From the NCBI GenBank assembly GCA_964497315.1, contig CAZCCH010000002.1, positions 17,519 through 81,518 on the forward strand: a DNA stretch of 64,000 nucleotides. The letters are read 5' to 3'. Below the pieces are notes generated by a model. The model was given only the letters and a program-made list of their open reading frames with translations. It was not told the DNA's origin and made no database searches. This document shows positions 47,971-57,534 of the stretch, one piece after another; position 1 is the first letter of the stretch, and the number at the start of each line of letters is the position of its first letter. The DNA is from an uncultured Planctomycetia bacterium. Lineage in GTDB: Bacteria; Omnitrophota; Gorgyraeia; Taenaricolales; CAZCCH01. Both the position numbers and the translations under genes were made by a program.

Positions 47971-48714
47971 ATGAAAAACAAAAAGGGTCATTATTCTTAT
48001 TGGGCGAATGCTCTAGAACTACCTCTCTATTCAAAAAAATTAAAATATTGGGGTGAAATGTCATACCTAGCAATGTTAAAAGAGGCCATAACGACAATAG
48101 AGGGTATATCATTATTGGAAATAGGCCCTGGAAAAGGGTACTTCGCAGAAAAGGCAATTGAAAGGGAAATTGATTATTATTCTATCGAAAGATCTGAAAT
48201 TCTAGTTGAGGAGTTATTGCGGAAAAATATAAATGTAATACGTGGGGATGCTTCAATTGTAGATGAAAATATCTTTAAGGATAAAAAGTTTGATGCAGTA
48301 TACCTATCTCATGTCATAGAACATTGCGATACAAGAAAGGAAGTTGAAAACTTAATAAAAAAATGTAGGGGTTGGTTGAAACCAAATGGCTACATTATGA
48401 TAAATGCTCCTAATGTCTTAAGTTATAAATTTGATTTTTGGATATCGGACTATACCCATAATTTTGTTACTACACCTCTTAGAGTAAAAAATTTATTACT
48501 AGATAATGAGTTCGAGCCTCTTTACGAACAAAGAACAGTTTTTGGTCTAAGAAATATTATATTGAGAAAATTTGCAGGTTGCTTATTCTTTCTTTGTCCT
48601 AATGCTATCTTAGATAGAATTGGAAGAATTTTTATGCCAAAAGGAGGAGAAGCTGGCTTTTCTATCTACGGACATGAAAACTTCACCATTATTGCCAAAA
48701 GGATGGAAAAATGA
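47971..48714 (+). CDS. Class I SAM-dependent methyltransferase
   Basis: LLEIGPGKG, FDAVYLSHVIEH, LKPNG. Confidence 0.87.
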   Translation: MKNKKGHYSYWANALELPLYSKKLKYWGEMSYLAMLKEAITTIEGISLLEIGPGKGYFAEKAIEREIDYYSIERSEILVEELLRKNINVIRGDASIVDENIFKDKKFDAVYLSHVIEHCDTRKEVENLIKKCRGWLKPNGYIMINAPNVLSYKFDFWISDYTHNFVTTPLRVKNLLLDNEFEPLYEQRTVFGLRNIILRKFAGCLFFLCPNAILDRIGRIFMPKGGEAGFSIYGHENFTIIAKRMEK

Positions 48715-49436
48715 AAACAAAAGAAGATAATTATGATATAACTTTAAACGAAATCGCATGGCTTCGTAAACCCATGGAAAAAATTCTTAAGAAAATCCAA
48801 AAATATGATTTTATTACCCCGAACTTACTAACTACTCTCTCCTTTGTCTTCGCCTTGATAGCTGCTATATTATTTCTATTGCCAGGCGACTCACGATTAG
48901 CCTTTGGTGCAGCACTGATTATTATTTCATATTTATTAGATTGTGCTGATGGAAGATTGGCGCGTTTGAAAAAGATGGAGTCAAGTTTTGGTTTTTGGTT
49001 TGATAGAATAACTGATCAGATAAAGCTTTCGCTTTTAATTTTATGTCTTGGCATGCGAGCTTATTTCATAGATTTCGCAAGTATTTCTATTTTAATTTTT
49101 AGTGCATTTGTGGTGGTAATTCAACTTGTTAAAGAATTTAATTGGGCGCTATTTGAAATTTTTCTACTCAAAAATAAACCAAAAACAGATTATGGCAAAT
49201 TCATACTGGATAATATAAACATTAAATTTACTAAGCAGACTTTAATAAAGCGGGTTTCTTTTCACATTGTTAGAATTTTGGCTTTTTTGCATTATGAGCA
49301 AATTTTTGTACTAAGCATATTCCCTTGTATCATAAAACCTGAGGCAACCATTTACATCTATGGTATTTTATCCTTAATTTCTCTTATAGGTAGAATTTCA
49401 ATATACGCAAAATTACTTTTAAAAAACAATGCATAA
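48711..49436 (+). CDS. CDP-alcohol phosphotransferase family protein
   Basis: ITPNLLT and signature DCADGRLAR...SSFGFWFDRITD. Confidence 0.9.
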   Translation: MKTKEDNYDITLNEIAWLRKPMEKILKKIQKYDFITPNLLTTLSFVFALIAAILFLLPGDSRLAFGAALIIISYLLDCADGRLARLKKMESSFGFWFDRITDQIKLSLLILCLGMRAYFIDFASISILIFSAFVVVIQLVKEFNWALFEIFLLKNKPKTDYGKFILDNINIKFTKQTLIKRVSFHIVRILAFLHYEQIFVLSIFPCIIKPEATIYIYGILSLISLIGRISIYAKLLLKNNA

Positions 49437-50169
49437 AAACCCCATAGCTATAATTCTAGCTGCAGGTAAAGGTATCAGGTTGCAGCCTCTTACGAAAGAA
49501 ATACCGAAACCTCTTATTGAGGTAAACAATGTCCCTATTTTATTTCATACCCTTGAGTGTTTAAAAAAATTAAAAATAGACAAGTGTATTATCGTAGTTG
49601 GATATAAAGCAAAGCTGTTTCAAGAATTGGTAGATAGTAAATATAAACATGATATAGATATTACCTATATTACAAATAAAGATTTTGATAAAACTAACAA
49701 CATGTATTCATTGTGGCTTGCAAGTGATTATCTCAGTAACAACGATTGCATATTAATCGAAGCTGATGTCTTGTTTGATTATAAAATATTGAGTTCTTTG
49801 GATTTTCGTAATCCAACTTCTTTTTGGTTGGTAGATAAATTTAAAGAAAATATGAACGGGGCCCTCCTCATAACAGATAAAACTGGTAAAATTGAAAAAA
49901 TTAAAATAGTAAGAGAAAAATTACTGGAATATAAAAACAACTATTATAAGTCCATTGGTATATTAAAAATTAAAAAAGATTTGGGTAAAAAACTTTCTGC
50001 ATGGTTAAATAAAGAAGTAACGGCTAATAATAAAAATATTTACTATGACCTGGTAATTGCAAAATATTTAAAAGAAGCAAACCTATTTGTAAAATACATA
50101 AATAATCTCAAGTGGTGGGAAATAGATGACGAAAGTGATTTGAAATACGCGCAAAAATTATTTAAGTAA
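49429..50169 (+). CDS. NTP transferase, phosphocholine cytidylyltransferase (LicC-like) family
   Basis: AIILAAGKGIRL, PKPL, TNNMYSL, WWEIDDESDL. Confidence 0.87.
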   Translation: MHKNPIAIILAAGKGIRLQPLTKEIPKPLIEVNNVPILFHTLECLKKLKIDKCIIVVGYKAKLFQELVDSKYKHDIDITYITNKDFDKTNNMYSLWLASDYLSNNDCILIEADVLFDYKILSSLDFRNPTSFWLVDKFKENMNGALLITDKTGKIEKIKIVREKLLEYKNNYYKSIGILKIKKDLGKKLSAWLNKEVTANNKNIYYDLVIAKYLKEANLFVKYINNLKWWEIDDESDLKYAQKLFK

Positions 50170-50173
50170 AAAA

Positions 50174-51028
50174 ATGGACGTCCTAAATTATAAAAAAGTC
50201 AAAGAGTTCTGGGAAAATAGATATAAAAGGATAAATGTAGCGGGTGATTTATATCTAGCAAACCTATCTGACAATATTCCCCTACAAGCTATATATAAAG
50301 ATAAGCTGGAAAAACAAATTATAAGCAATAAAGTTTATTTAACTAAAGATATGGATGTATTAGACCTTGGATGCGGAACAGGGAGAATGGCATTGTTTTT
50401 TGCCAAGAAATGCAAACATGTAACAGCTATTGATTTTTCTGCAAATCTTTTAAAGATAGCCGCTAATAAGATAAAAAGTATGGACTTAGACAATATTAAA
50501 TTAATTCAACAATCTATTGCTAATTTTCACAGTAATCACAAATTCGATATTATTTTCATTGGAGGCGTATTGTCCTTTCTGAATGATATAGATGTAGAAA
50601 ATGTAGTGCGCAATATTAAAGATATGCTAAAAGAAAACGGGAAATTGATAATAAGAGATTCTCTTCGTTGGAGAAAAAGATGTGTTTTAAAAGAAAAATT
50701 TATAAATAATTTTAAAGATGATTACAGTATAATATATAGAACAATAGGAGAAATTAAAAGGGTTTTTAAAAAAAATACATTCTATTTAAACTCGGAAAGC
50801 AGCTTAGCTGTTTTCCCTTTCATGGGATTGTACCATTATCCAATAAGGTTAATAGCTGGAAAAAGCAAAATCTATTCCAAATTATCTAAAATCTATTTTG
50901 GGTTAGTCTATCGTTTTATTCCTTATATCCGCTGCTATAAAAATATGAGATTCTATAAAGTGATTTCTTACCTGCTTAATAGGTACGATCAAAGGTTTTT
51001 TATATATTTCCTAAAAAATAGACCCTGA
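50174..51028 (+). CDS. Class I SAM-dependent methyltransferase
   Basis: VLDLGCGTGR, AIDFS, FDII, LKENG. Confidence 0.87.
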   Translation: MDVLNYKKVKEFWENRYKRINVAGDLYLANLSDNIPLQAIYKDKLEKQIISNKVYLTKDMDVLDLGCGTGRMALFFAKKCKHVTAIDFSANLLKIAANKIKSMDLDNIKLIQQSIANFHSNHKFDIIFIGGVLSFLNDIDVENVVRNIKDMLKENGKLIIRDSLRWRKRCVLKEKFINNFKDDYSIIYRTIGEIKRVFKKNTFYLNSESSLAVFPFMGLYHYPIRLIAGKSKIYSKLSKIYFGLVYRFIPYIRCYKNMRFYKVISYLLNRYDQRFFIYFLKNRP

Positions 51029-51034
51029 AAATCA

Positions 51035-52273
51035 ATGAGAGATACAAAAAATAATTTCTTGCTTCTTCCATCACTATATTTAATATGTTCTAGAATCTCC
51101 TTAGCTATATCTGGTGTATTATTTTGGTGCTTAGCAGCGCGCATTTATTCAATAGAAGATATAGGATTAGGGGCAGCTTTAATCTCAGTCTCTTCTCTTA
51201 TTATCTTTATCTCCTCTCTAGGCATTGCGCCTACTTTTGTAAGATTCCTGCCTCAAAAAGAAAACAAGGGTAAACTATTAGGTACCTTCTTTGGCCTTTC
51301 ACTGTTCTTGTTGGTTGTACTTTGTGTAATATTTCTCATGAATTCAAGTTTCTTTTTACCTAAGGTTGATTTTCTAAAAACTTCCTTTTATCCTTTTGTT
51401 TTCTTTGTTTTTGTTTTATCTATGCAAATTTTTCACACATTGGATAGTGTCTATACAGCCTTTAATGTAACCTGGTTGGTATTATTTAAAAATGTTATTC
51501 AAAATTTCTTAAAGATTGGCTTGCTTCTTTCGCTCTTCTCCTTAGGTAGCTTTGGCATTTTCTCCTCTAATTGTTCAGCAGCAATAGTAGCTATTTTAAT
51601 ATCTGTTATTTATTTTATTAAAAAACATCCATCAATTAACTTTAAACTAGGAATAGACATTTCTGTTCTAAAAAAGCTTCTTCCTTTTTCTTTGACAAAT
51701 TTTTTGAATTCAGCTTCCTTGTATCTTCCTGGAATGGTTTTTCCCATTATCATAATCTCCGCATTTTCACAAAGAGAAGCTGGATTGTTTTACATACCCT
51801 GGATGATATTTCTTACTTATTGCAGTTTTATCACTTCAGTCAATAATATATTTTTAATGAAAGCTTCATATGGCGAAAATATTAAAAAGTTACTTAAAAA
51901 AACAATCGCATTTTCTTTTGCATTGGGACTTGTGGGATTCTTAATTTTTACTATCTGGGGAAATAAGATTCTTCTTATATTTAAGGAAGATTTTTCTCAA
52001 AATTCCCTTATGACTCTAAAGCTTCTTTTTTATTCCATATTCTTTTTTATTATTAACCAGATTTATATTACAATTCTAAATATCAATGAAAAAATACTAA
52101 AATTAGGGATAATTACTTCTTTAATAATCATAAGTATAATTATCTTTACTATAATATTGTTGCCTACAATGAAAACAGAGGGCATGGCATTGGCTTGGTT
52201 AGTTGCCAATCTTATAGGAAGCATTTATGTCTTTGTGGATTTTTTAATTACAGGTAGGAAAATGTTAAAATAG
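51035..52273 (+). CDS. Oligosaccharide flippase (Wzx/MOP family)
   Basis: About 12 TMs, FWCLAARIYS..DIG, AGLFYI, GMALAW. Confidence 0.82.
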   Translation: MRDTKNNFLLLPSLYLICSRISLAISGVLFWCLAARIYSIEDIGLGAALISVSSLIIFISSLGIAPTFVRFLPQKENKGKLLGTFFGLSLFLLVVLCVIFLMNSSFFLPKVDFLKTSFYPFVFFVFVLSMQIFHTLDSVYTAFNVTWLVLFKNVIQNFLKIGLLLSLFSLGSFGIFSSNCSAAIVAILISVIYFIKKHPSINFKLGIDISVLKKLLPFSLTNFLNSASLYLPGMVFPIIIISAFSQREAGLFYIPWMIFLTYCSFITSVNNIFLMKASYGENIKKLLKKTIAFSFALGLVGFLIFTIWGNKILLIFKEDFSQNSLMTLKLLFYSIFFFIINQIYITILNINEKILKLGIITSLIIISIIIFTIILLPTMKTEGMALAWLVANLIGSIYVFVDFLITGRKMLK

Positions 52274-52979
52274 CCACTGTAGCAATGGCTGCTGTATCGC
52301 ATTTTAGAACTGTAGGACCTAAAGAAACTAATTTACAACCTTCCTTTTTTGCTAATCCCATTTCCGACGGACTAAAATCCCCCTCCGGTCCAATAAACAA
52401 TGCCATGCTGGATATTTTTGATTTTGGTAATACACTCTTTAAATCCTTTGTTTCTTCATCAAGGCAGGCTATAAGTTTCAAAGGGTGATTTTTTACCGAC
52501 TTTAAAGCAGTTTTAAAGCTTGTAATATTTTCAATCTTAGGGATATCCCACCTTCCGCATTGCTGTGAAGCCTCTATTGCGATTTTATTCCAACGCTTTA
52601 AGCGAAGTACCTTCTTGGCCTCATTTAGCTTTACAATGGTTCTTTCTGTCTGAATAGGTATAACAATACTCACTCCTAGCTCGGTTGTCTTCTGTATTAT
52701 ATAATCCATTTTATTCTGCTTTGGTACAGCACAAACCAAAGTAATCTTTGGTAGGTTTAAAGGTAATACCTTTCTAACTGATTTAACCCTTACCCTGGCT
52801 TCCCTAGGGGAAATCTTCTCAATAATGCCAACGAACTCTTTTCCTTTGCCATTAAAGGCAACTATGCTATCACCTTCCTTCAGCCTCATTACATCCTTTA
52901 TATGATGAAACCTGTTTCCTGAGATTATAATGGTTGAGTCGTTAACTATGGATTCTGGGGTAACGTAAAATCTACTCAT
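52248..52979 (-). CDS. rsmE: 16S rRNA m3U1498 methyltransferase
   Basis: HHIKDVMRL, KTTELGV, EASQQCGR, IGPEGDFS, LGPTVLKCDTA. Confidence 0.93.
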   Translation of the reverse strand: MSRFYVTPESIVNDSTIIISGNRFHHIKDVMRLKEGDSIVAFNGKGKEFVGIIEKISPREARVRVKSVRKVLPLNLPKITLVCAVPKQNKMDYIIQKTTELGVSIVIPIQTERTIVKLNEAKKVLRLKRWNKIAIEASQQCGRWDIPKIENITSFKTALKSVKNHPLKLIACLDEETKDLKSVLPKSKISSMALFIGPEGDFSPSEMGLAKKEGCKLVSLGPTVLKCDTAAIATVAILTFSYL

Positions 52980-54460
52980 TCTTCACCAAAAATACATGCA
53001 GAAAAGATAAAAATCTCAGCATTTTTCTTCCAAGCATCAGCAGGCAGACCTGCCTTGTTGCAGGTATGCGCAAGAAACTCATCCCTATTCCAATCATATT
53101 CTGTAGCTACCTGCGGTAAGAGCAAACCTGAATAAAATCCTTTTCTAATCAAGATACCATGCGTACCAACTTTAATCTTTTCTACATCTTGAATCTTTTC
53201 CAACTCAGATAAAACAGAAATTTCTATTTTTAACTCATCAAGCTCTTCAGCTCCTACCGCAGGAAACCTTGGATCACCGCTTGAAGACTGTATTGCCATC
53301 TCAGCTATAGTATCACATAAAGGCTTATCAGCTATTATGCGACCAATGCACCCTCTAAGGTTTCCATTTTTTTTAATAGTTACAAAGGCACCTTTTTTTG
53401 TAAGTAAAACAGGGTCTTTTTCCTTAAACTTTACTCGCTTTCCTGTTTTAATATAAGTTTCCATAGATTCTTTGGCTATCTTTAATATTCTTGCCTTTTG
53501 AGCTTCTGTTAACATCATTCCTCCTTCGGTATTTTTAAAAGCGGGGCTTTCTGATTGAGGCTCGGGTATTGATGTCTTTTTATAAACAACGGCACTAACA
53601 TAGCCAACAACTTGCCTTTTATCGCCCGTAATATCACCTGAGTTCGCATAATTGAGCACTTCGATATCTTTAGCCCCTATTTTCTCTGCTAACATGAGCG
53701 TGCAAGTAACCGGTGCATATCCACAACAGGGCTGATCTTTAAAAACCCCTCTTTGGAAGATCTCTTTATACTTAAACTCTTTTATTAGATTAATGGTTTC
53801 TGCATCTTGCGTGACTGCTTGGTTATAGCTTTTATAATGAGATAAATCTGTGCTTGCTATAATAACTATATCTTCTCTCTTTGATAATACGTCTAATAAA
53901 ATATCAGAAAGAATATTACAATCTTCATAGTTTGGGTTACCAAAAACAACAGGAACAATTTTAACATCAGGTATTACCTTTTTTAAAAAAGGTAATTGAA
54001 GCTCCAGGGAATTCTCACCTTCAAATACTTCTTTAGAAAACTTTATCCTTTCTGATTTTGATATCATTAAATCAGCTAATTCTTCATCTATTTCAAGATC
54101 TCCCAGCGGAGTAATAAATTCACTAGTCTTATAAACTGAGATACCATCATAATGCTTCCTATGGCTAAATCCTAATATAATAGCTGTTTCTATCTCTTTG
54201 TGTGACAATAAGTTATAGCCATAAGCAGCTACTGCACCTGAAAACATAAGGCCTGCATGTGGAGAGATTATAGCAATTATTTTACCTTCAACTGTGGGTA
54301 CAGTGGCTGAATTTAGGTAGCTGTCAAGTTGCTTATTGAGTGTTTTTTTATTGGAAGGATACCAGTTACCTGCCAAATCTGCTTTTTTAGATTGGGCCAG
54401 GGCTTGGCTATTAAAAAGAATTAAAGACATACACAAGAATACTATAAATTTTGTGCGCAT
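52976..54460 (-). CDS. AmmeMemoRadiSam protein B (MEMO1)-protein A (AMMECR1) fusion with signal-like N-terminus
   Basis: AGNWYP, PHAG, ENSLELQLPFL, STDLSHY, then GAFVT..LRGCIG, DPRF, EISVLS, LLPQV. Confidence 0.92.
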   Translation of the reverse strand: MRTKFIVFLCMSLILFNSQALAQSKKADLAGNWYPSNKKTLNKQLDSYLNSATVPTVEGKIIAIISPHAGLMFSGAVAAYGYNLLSHKEIETAIILGFSHRKHYDGISVYKTSEFITPLGDLEIDEELADLMISKSERIKFSKEVFEGENSLELQLPFLKKVIPDVKIVPVVFGNPNYEDCNILSDILLDVLSKREDIVIIASTDLSHYKSYNQAVTQDAETINLIKEFKYKEIFQRGVFKDQPCCGYAPVTCTLMLAEKIGAKDIEVLNYANSGDITGDKRQVVGYVSAVVYKKTSIPEPQSESPAFKNTEGGMMLTEAQKARILKIAKESMETYIKTGKRVKFKEKDPVLLTKKGAFVTIKKNGNLRGCIGRIIADKPLCDTIAEMAIQSSSGDPRFPAVGAEELDELKIEISVLSELEKIQDVEKIKVGTHGILIRKGFYSGLLLPQVATEYDWNRDEFLAHTCNKAGLPADAWKKNAEIFIFSACIFGEE

Positions 54461-54494
54461 GGTAAATGAGAGATTTTTTGGTTTTTAGAGGCCT

Positions 54495-54568
54495 TGGTGG
54501 AGCCACCGGGAGTCGAACCCGGAGCTCATCCTTGCGAAGGATGCGTTGTCCCATTCAACTATGGCCCC
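54495..54568 (-). tRNA. tRNA-Ala(CGC)
   Basis: GGGGCCA/TGGCTCC acceptor with G3-U70; CATCC-TTCGCAA-GGATG; CCGGG-TTCGACT-CCCGG; encoded CCA. Confidence 0.9.
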
Positions 54569-54569
54569 G

Positions 54570-55640
54570 TTATTTCTTTTTAAAGGCTTCTGTTAATGAA
54601 ACCAGTTCTTCACTATTTGAGGAGCGACGCATAGCCTCATCCCAGGAAATCACATGGTTTAAGTATAATTCTGCCAATGATTGGTTCATCGTGCTCATGC
54701 CGTATTTTTTTCCTGTTTGAATACATGTATAAATCTGAGGGAGGCTATTTTCTCTGATGAGGCTTCTTATGGGAGGGGTTACAGTCATTAACTCATAAGC
54801 AAGAGCCCTTCCTCCATCCTTGACCTTGGGTATTAACTGCTGTGAAGCAACGCCTATTAGAGCCATAGACAGCTGAACCCTGATCTGTTGCTGTTGGTAG
54901 GGTGGGAAAACATCTATAATTCGGTTAATTGTATGAGTGGCATCTATTGTATGCAGGGTAGCTAAAATAAGATGACCTGTCTCAGCTAAAGTTAAAGCTG
55001 TATGAATTGTATCTAAGTCTCTCATTTCTCCAATCATGATTATGTTTGGGTCTTGCCTAAAAACCCTGCGTAAGGCTTCAGCAAAAGAATGCGTATCTGT
55101 GCCTACCTCTCTTTGGTCTATAGTGGCCTTGTTATGCTTGTGTAAATATTCAATTGGATCTTCAATTGTAACTACATGGCAGGGTCTGTGTTCATTTATA
55201 TATTTTATCATAGCTGCTAGTGTCGTGGACTTTCCACTTCCAACAGCACCTGTAACCAAAAATAAACCGCTGTGCTTTAGGCAAAAATCCTCTATTAGAT
55301 TTGGCAGACCTAATTCTTTAAAACTCGGTATATTAAACGGTACAAGCCTTATACTCATAGCTACGCAATTACGCTGCATATATAAATTAATACGGAATCT
55401 ACTTAAACCCGAAATCCCGTATGAAAAATCTAATTCTTTTGCTTTTTCAAACTCTTCTATCTGTTTTTCTGTCAAAATCGAGTATGCCAATTCCCTTGCC
55501 TGTTCTACACCTAAAGGCTTTTTTGTTCCAGAAAATTCCAAAATACCATCTACCCTAAGTTGCGGAGGAATCCCTGTTGTGATGTGTAAATCTGATGCAT
55601 CGCGCTTCACCATCTCTTTTAATAATTCTAACATTTGCAT
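54570..55640 (-). CDS. pilT: Type IV pilus retraction ATPase PilT
   Basis: ASDLHI, GAVGSGKSTT, TIEDPIE, RQDP, ETGHL, GMSTMNQSL. Confidence 0.93.
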   Translation of the reverse strand: MQMLELLKEMVKRDASDLHITTGIPPQLRVDGILEFSGTKKPLGVEQARELAYSILTEKQIEEFEKAKELDFSYGISGLSRFRINLYMQRNCVAMSIRLVPFNIPSFKELGLPNLIEDFCLKHSGLFLVTGAVGSGKSTTLAAMIKYINEHRPCHVVTIEDPIEYLHKHNKATIDQREVGTDTHSFAEALRRVFRQDPNIIMIGEMRDLDTIHTALTLAETGHLILATLHTIDATHTINRIIDVFPPYQQQQIRVQLSMALIGVASQQLIPKVKDGGRALAYELMTVTPPIRSLIRENSLPQIYTCIQTGKKYGMSTMNQSLAELYLNHVISWDEAMRRSSNSEELVSLTEAFKKK

Positions 55641-55763
55641 TTTATCTATATCCTCCTTTTAATAAAAAACACGAATTTCACGGTTTTTATTTTCATAAGA
55701 CATATTTGTTTCTTCTTTGTCTTGGGAGCAAATAAATTTTCCAACAATCCGTGTAATTCGTGC

Positions 55764-56639
55764 CTAATGCGGAAGGGCCAATACTATTCTCTCGCCCCAA
55801 ACTGTGGGCAGAATTGACACTTCAACATTCACTATAGCATCTTGACATGCAGCAAGTTTTATCTTAAATCTGCCATCTTGTAAAACATTTCTGCATGATG
55901 AATCCAGCACTGATAAATATTTTATCCTGCTTGTTACGGAAGTCAATATGGACTTAGAATACGCTCCTATTTGTTCAAGGCCTTGGCCTATACGGAAAAA
56001 AATCTTTAGATGGGCCTCCCCTGGCTGAATGTGGACAGCTTTCGCATTATCCCTGTAAGCCCTCTCTAGGAGCAAATTAATAAATGAAACAGCAAATGCT
56101 AAATTCTTCTCACCCTTTTTACCCCAAGCTGCGTCTAGCTCGGGCTTCGCCGTAGTCTCAATGGAGTCTAAGGAAGATTTTTGCTGAAGTTCTGTTTCGT
56201 AATAGTCAGTAATATATCGTTTAATTTGATTTTTTGAGCATACTATAATTACTATTCGGCACTTTGTAACCTTTGAAAGCGAATCTGCAGCTGTAAAATC
56301 AAGAGGATCGGACATCGCTACATGGAGAGCAGTTTCTTCTTTTCGTATTGGGAACACATTATGCCTTTTGGCCAAACTAGCAGGAACTAAACTTATAGCC
56401 TCTGGTGAAATCCTGTTAAAACCATCTAAATTTAAAAATGGAAAATTAAGATATGAGGCCAAGAATGAGGCAAAATCTTCATCTTTTAAAAAGCCTAGTT
56501 TTACGGTTATTTCACCGAGAGGTTCTTTTTCCGGGACCTTTCTTTGATAGTGCAAGGCCTCTTTTAGCTGCTCTTCTGTAATTAAATCAGCATCTAAAAG
56601 ACTCTGTCCTATAGGTTTTCTAACTACCATAACTATCAC
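55764..56639 (-). CDS. GspE/PilB N-terminal-domain protein lacking the ATPase domain
   Basis: MshEN-like N-terminus, AMSDPLD, VHIQP, QDGRF, ends at PTVWGERIVL before Walker A. Confidence 0.8.
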   Translation of the reverse strand: MIVMVVRKPIGQSLLDADLITEEQLKEALHYQRKVPEKEPLGEITVKLGFLKDEDFASFLASYLNFPFLNLDGFNRISPEAISLVPASLAKRHNVFPIRKEETALHVAMSDPLDFTAADSLSKVTKCRIVIIVCSKNQIKRYITDYYETELQQKSSLDSIETTAKPELDAAWGKKGEKNLAFAVSFINLLLERAYRDNAKAVHIQPGEAHLKIFFRIGQGLEQIGAYSKSILTSVTSRIKYLSVLDSSCRNVLQDGRFKIKLAACQDAIVNVEVSILPTVWGERIVLALPH

Positions 56640-56664
56640 ACCCTTGTAAGTCTATATATTTAAA

Positions 56665-57054
56665 TTATGGCTGTGTTACTACACCTGTTTCGTCAATCTG
56701 AAACGTCCCACCACCAAAACCAGGGTTGCTGGCTATATCAGGTGTGGCTACTGATGTAAACTGTACTGCAGTTGAGCTTGGTATAGAAAATATATAATAA
56801 TCATTAGTGGCATTTGGGTCTTCATCTAAGTATTCACCTAAGCCATCAGCTGCAAAATTACCACAAAAAGCATCGCTATCTACATGATGCATCTTCTGTG
56901 CGTTGTAAATTAACTCAAGTGTAACCCGTGCCCGCTTTTCCCTGGCGTAGTCTACTGATTTCTCATAAGCAGGCATAGCAATTGTAGCCAATATACCAAT
57001 AATGACTATTACTATCAACAGCTCCATTAGGGTTAAACCTTTGAAATTTCGCAA
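56665..57054 (-). CDS. Type IV pilin (third of three tandem; likely TTG start at 57054)
   Basis: KG^LTLMELLIVIVIIGILATIAMPAY. Confidence 0.85.
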   Translation of the reverse strand: MRNFKGLTLMELLIVIVIIGILATIAMPAYEKSVDYAREKRARVTLELIYNAQKMHHVDSDAFCGNFAADGLGEYLDEDPNATNDYYIFSIPSSTAVQFTSVATPDIASNPGFGGGTFQIDETGVVTQP

Positions 57055-57058
57055 AGGC

Positions 57059-57484
57059 TTAAAGCCCGCCCTGAAAACCCCAATGACCATCTTCATCTAA
57101 TGTAACGTTATAGTCTTTTGTATATAGGTCTTTAGCTTCACTACCATCGGCTGCACTTGTATTTTCTGTCTTTCTTACCGCCCTAAGGGCAAAGTAGCCA
57201 TCCCCTGCATTGAATACTGAGTATTCAAAATAATAATCTGTATCATTATTTAGAGGAAAATCTGCTACGAGGTAACCTGTGTCCCCGGTATAGACAGTAC
57301 CCTGGGTTTCAGTAAGATAGAGTTCCTGTGCAACCCTTATCTGGCCAAGTATGGTCCTGGCTTCTGCTTGCTTTGCCTTCTCAACCATTTTACTATATTG
57401 AGGAACTGCAATGGTAGCCAAAATACCTATAATTATAACTACTATAAGAAGCTCTACTAGGGTAAAACCCTTCTTGTTATGCAT
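57059..57484 (-). CDS. Type IVa pilin
   Basis: KKG^FTLVELLIVVIIIGILATIAVPQY. Confidence 0.92.
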   Translation of the reverse strand: MHNKKGFTLVELLIVVIIIGILATIAVPQYSKMVEKAKQAEARTILGQIRVAQELYLTETQGTVYTGDTGYLVADFPLNNDTDYYFEYSVFNAGDGYFALRAVRKTENTSAADGSEAKDLYTKDYNVTLDEDGHWGFQGGL

Positions 57485-57534
57485 TAGCCTTCCCTTATCA
57501 TTTTATAATGAATATTTAAAAAACTCGTACTAAA

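Noticed and set aside
54466-54720. 84-aa plus-strand ORF; also tmRNA considered because of the GGGGCC 5' end
   Set aside because: The region is a complete 74-nt tRNA cloverleaf plus the pilT end; no tag reading frame or room for tmRNA
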